A DNA stretch of 63,811 nucleotides, filler included, from Perkinsus chesapeaki ATCC PRA-425 (Eukaryota > Protista > Perkinsozoa): NCBI GenBank assembly GCA_013115145.1. It is 9 parts of 9 records of this genome, joined end to end, with 100 filler letters (N's around TTAATTAATTAA, not from the genome) between each part and the next. Parts side by side here need not be neighbours in the genome. Positions count along the whole stretch, not along the records: positions 51,278 to 62,040 come from JAAPAO010000877.1; positions 62,141 to 63,811 come from JAAPAO010001834.1; 7 more parts are not named here. One strand, written 5' to 3'. Shown one piece after another: positions 60,282-63,811 of the stretch (its first letter is position 1; every line of letters starts with the position of its first letter). The translations under genes and the position numbers were made by a program. Under the pieces are notes generated by a model that worked only from the letters and a program-made list of their open reading frames with translations, ran no database searches and was not told the DNA's origin.

Positions 60282-61057
60282 TTATCTGTAGGAAGGCTCA
60301 GCGCCGATGTGCTTTAGATTGACACATAGCTGATCACCGCAGACCTGAGTGAGGGGCGTGTATGCCGGGCAACAAGATGATGGCTCACCATCTTAAACGG
60401 TTCCTTGGGGAGGCGCATGAGCTTCTCGAAACTCTCATCAGTTGCGAAAATGAAAGCAAGCAGACGGTTCACGTACGTCACAGATTCCGTGTCCTGAAGC
60501 AAAGCAGCTTTCACCAATAGAAGCCTCCTCCTCCTTCTTACCTCGCCGGGCTTCACCAACCTGAGAGCAGCTTGCTCTGGTATGTCCTTTGTCACATCAC
60601 CATACCAGTACACACAGGAGTCGCCGCCCTAAGAGAAGCACCTTAAAGACAGTCTCAACGCAATTATCTTACCAGAATTGGATCATCGGTGTACTGGATA
60701 CTCCTTGCTATCGACATCAGCGACTCCGTCAGCCTGTCGTGGGTTTGAAAGAACTCTCTTGCCCGGGGATGCACGTATTGCTCCCACGATCTGAAAGTAT
60801 CCTTTCGTTACGCTAGTTCAACGAGCTGGACGAGCTACTTCACAAGACCTTTCAGAGCCTCGTCATCTCGCGGTTGAAAATTCTGCACCGTGCGCCTTTC
60901 GCTGCGGCCACCCCGCTGGTCCGGACGTCTGTCGAGCAATAACTTACAAGGCTCTCGGTGGCAGCGCCTACTTCGGGGTTTCCTTTCCTGCGCCGCCACG
61001 TTTCCCAAATAGCGCCGCACAGGGATCTTCACTACACATCCGACATTTGAACACCAT
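60282..61057 (-). CDS. Small multi-exon protein with His-Me finger / homing-endonuclease zinc-binding-loop-like domain
   Basis: Spliced: MVFKCRMCSEDPC...SWEQYVHPRAREFF...GGDSCVYWYG...TYVNRLLAFIF...KM|VCGDQLCVNLKHI, resembling CWxWxG...HRL...HxCxxxxCxNPxH. Confidence 0.6.
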
Positions 61058-61325
61058 AATTGTGGCCGAAATGACTGAGTAGGTTCCATAGGCGAGAAAT
61101 CGACCAACTTCGTATCCTCGTTTTCCAGAGCAGTGAATTTTATACGGAACTTTACCAAGGTAAGCCGGAGCGCTTTGAGTGACGGCGTTGGTATGCTTGG
61201 ATGGTAGCGACAAGAAGGGTGACAAAGATATTTCTTTATCATTCGAACACAACAAGAAGACGTGTAAAAATACACAAGGAAACCGAGAAATTGATTGGTG
61301 AATAGCATTTACAACAGGACCTCCC

Positions 61326-62040
61326 TCACTCTGGTGGGAGTTGGGGCTGAAAGGAAAAGCTGTTCGTATCATAGGAGGTATCGAGCTGCTTACTGACGAG
61401 TTCAGTTCGCTCTCACCGCCGTCGTCTGGCTTCCCAGTCTTCTCTATGCTCGTTTGTGTCGGGCTTGTCCCTCCCAGTGGAGCTTCTGCATCGGACCTCC
61501 CTTGCGACGCTTCCGCACCAGATGCCTTCTGTACCGCAGCATTAGTATTTGCCTCGACCGTCGACGCCGCCTTTGTCGGTTCGACCTCGTTGCCCATCTG
61601 CACTGTTGCTGTCCCAGCAGCAGCTAGCTCCGCGCTGGCATCCTGCGCCTGCGGCACGGTCTCTTTCGACGGTGCCTCTTGCCGACTCTGTGCCATTTGG
61701 TCAGGGCCTCTGGTACTCTCCGAAGAGGTCGGTGGTAGATCAGATCGACTTGCGTCTGTCACGTACTGTGATTGCTCAGTCTGGGGAGCTCCCATAGCCG
61801 CTGGTGACCCTTGGGCCAATCCCGGCTGGAGCCCTTGAGTAACAGTCGCTTGGGCCATACCCGGTTGTTGACCTGCTTGAGGCATTCCCGGTTGTTGACC
61901 TGCTTGAGGCATTCCCGGTTGTTGACCTGCTTGAGGCATTCCCGGTTGTTGACCTGCTTGAGGCATTCCCGGTTGTTGACCTGCTTGAGGCATTCCCGGT
62001 TGTTGATCTGCTTGAGGCATTCCCGGTTGTTGACCTGCTT
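61326..62040 (-). CDS. C-terminal part of a Q/P/A-rich protein with MPQAGQQPG repeats; 5' end lost in the gap
   Basis: A short GTAAG...TTTCAG intron gives the ending NSS|PQLPPE*. Confidence 0.6.
61853..62040 (-). repeat. 27-nt coding tandem repeat (ATGCCTCAAGCAGGTCAACAACCGGGA), at least 7 copies
   Basis: Directly visible; near-identical copies continue into the gap. Confidence 0.95.
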
Positions 62041-63811
62041 NNNNNNNNNNNNNNNNNNNNNNNNNNNNNNNNNNNNNNNNNNNNTTAATTAATTAANNNN
62101 NNNNNNNNNNNNNNNNNNNNNNNNNNNNNNNNNNNNNNNNGTACGAAGAATGACTGCATGACCTAAACGACGATTACGTGTATGAAACATGAACCCCCTT
62201 TGTGCAAATGAAAACCAAAATCAACTGAGCCTCAACTATCGCATGACAATGCGACAAAAGAAATGCTCGTCTCCCGTTGCCAGGCGAGTCGCGACCTACA
62301 TGCGGTGGGCTACGTGTTCGGCAAAGTCTCGAAGTGACCGAGTTAGAACATGTTTCAGCACTTGCGATCAGCATGATGGTTGGGTAGTCGAACTTGGGTT
62401 AGCAAAAGATTGCAATGAAAATATAAGATCGAGATCTCGACCTCTCGCCGGGAGGCTCCTGAGCGCATTATCTCGCGCAGAGCTCTTATAAGGGCTGGAT
62501 GATGGTATGAAACTAAATGAGTGCCAGATCTGAAAATGGTGTTGCTGCAAAATTATTACGCAAACCCTGGGCTATATTATAGCCTGTTTTCTACAGCGCC
62601 TACCATGAGTTGATTGGCGGAATGACCGTTGCGGTAACACTCTTAGAGGAGCCCAAGCTAGGTTTTTAAAGCCCCAAAATTTAGGACTTGCAATGATATC
62701 GTGAATATTGAACCTTAAAAATCCTCAGTCTGAGCCTACTGGCAATCTAGCGTATCTCATGGACTTTAGTAGAATCACCCTGTCATACTTCACTATGGTC
62801 ACTAGTACGGATAGTCAGTGCACCTACTACCTATGGGTGAGTATACGATGTTCACCGAAGCGCTCATCGGAGTTTTTGACCGTTCATAACTAAACGGGAA
62901 CACACCTTCAATGATTGAAGTTCAGTCCAGGTCCTCGTGGCGAGAAAAGTTCTTAAAGAACATCCAACAATGATCGACGATAACCCCGAGTGGTAAAACC
63001 CGACACTGAAGAATGGGAGGGGTGGACACTGTCTAGCCAGCTGCTGCCGCAGAGGCCTGGACCTTCGGTCTCCGAATGCCTTTCTCCCTACGGTGTTGAG
63101 TGCCAGAAAGAACTGCCAACTTAAGGCTCACTAAGGCCGCAGAAACCCCTGCGTGCAACATAGCTAATGGCACGAGAGCTAATAGCTATAACTAAAACGA
63201 ACAACTACAGAAGATAGTGCAGACATACCCATTCTCAGATTCCTACTTCAAGTGAGTTATACTGGAGTCATAGCACAGCTAAACTCAAACAGGTACACAC
63301 AGAATGACCTAGCCTTTGATAACAAATACTCTAACATCTCAGTATCTACTTCTTTACGAGGGTGAACTTAGTACGCTGAGCTATGATAAACCAGCGGGTG
63401 GGAACTTCCCACTGGAAGGGCATGCTTTCCATTTCAGAGGCCGCTTGAAATGCGAGAACTACTATCGTTTTACATGCTCCACTACTAATTTGAACCTAAC
63501 TATTAACCATACAGTACTGGAACTGGCAATTGGAACTTTCTAGCTATAGGTGTATAGTAGTATTCAGCAAGCCTGGCCAAGATACTCTATTAAGGCCTTG
63601 CTCTTTGAATCATCTACTTCGATGGCTTCTCTGGGGGTTCCGAAGGGTCCTATACTTGTCATAGTATCACCGTTTGCAAAAGTCGTAGGCCTGAGTACTA
63701 CATTAGTCCTACAACTCGTAGGTTTGCCCCAGATCACAGTAGACGTATTATTCAAGCTTGTTGGCGTTCTTGCGCACGTATTTTAGGTCCTTAAGGAATG
63801 GGAGCCAAAAC

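Noticed and set aside
60968-62020. Single 350-aa ORF with a kinase-like YEVGRFLAYGTYSV loop
   Set aside because: Splice sites resolve it into the end of the repeat gene (stop 61326), an intergenic stretch and the start of the His-Me gene; no other kinase motifs follow.
63564-63755. Fragment of the secreted family (SIGPF motif) or of an RT
   Set aside because: The motif is too short, the fragment is interrupted and it lies at the window edge.

Overview
Eukaryotic, intron-rich alveolate DNA, almost certainly Perkinsus: two exact copies of the Perkinsus spliced leader CCGTAGCCATCTTGGCTCAAG are present, along with short GT-AG introns and expanded secreted-protein families. The window is a concatenation of about 9 contigs joined by 44N-TTAATTAATTAA-44N linkers, so adjacency across linkers is not biological. 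1-10 kb: two tandem intronless secreted paralogues, a minisatellite and a multi-exon coiled-coil gene. 10.7-32 kb: retroelement-rich (BEL/Pao-like element with an internal spliced leader and a +1 shifty-stop gag/pol junction; Ty3/Gypsy gag-pro with a clear -1 frameshift signal; DIRS/Ngaro-type tyrosine recombinase; integrase and RT-RNaseH-INT fragments; long perfect palindromes). 34-62 kb: aspartic protease, Cys-repeat secreted protein, RPB6, NOL10, TSR1, ribD, probable TFIIA large subunit, an AT-hook chromatin protein, an F-box protein, a His-Me-finger-like protein and a MPQAGQQPG-repeat protein. Most notable: genomic SL copies (one inside a retroelement leader), tRNA-3'-half elements that make up or bound at least five introns, and two candidate recoding sites. 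Exon boundaries and family assignments were made by eye, without database searches.
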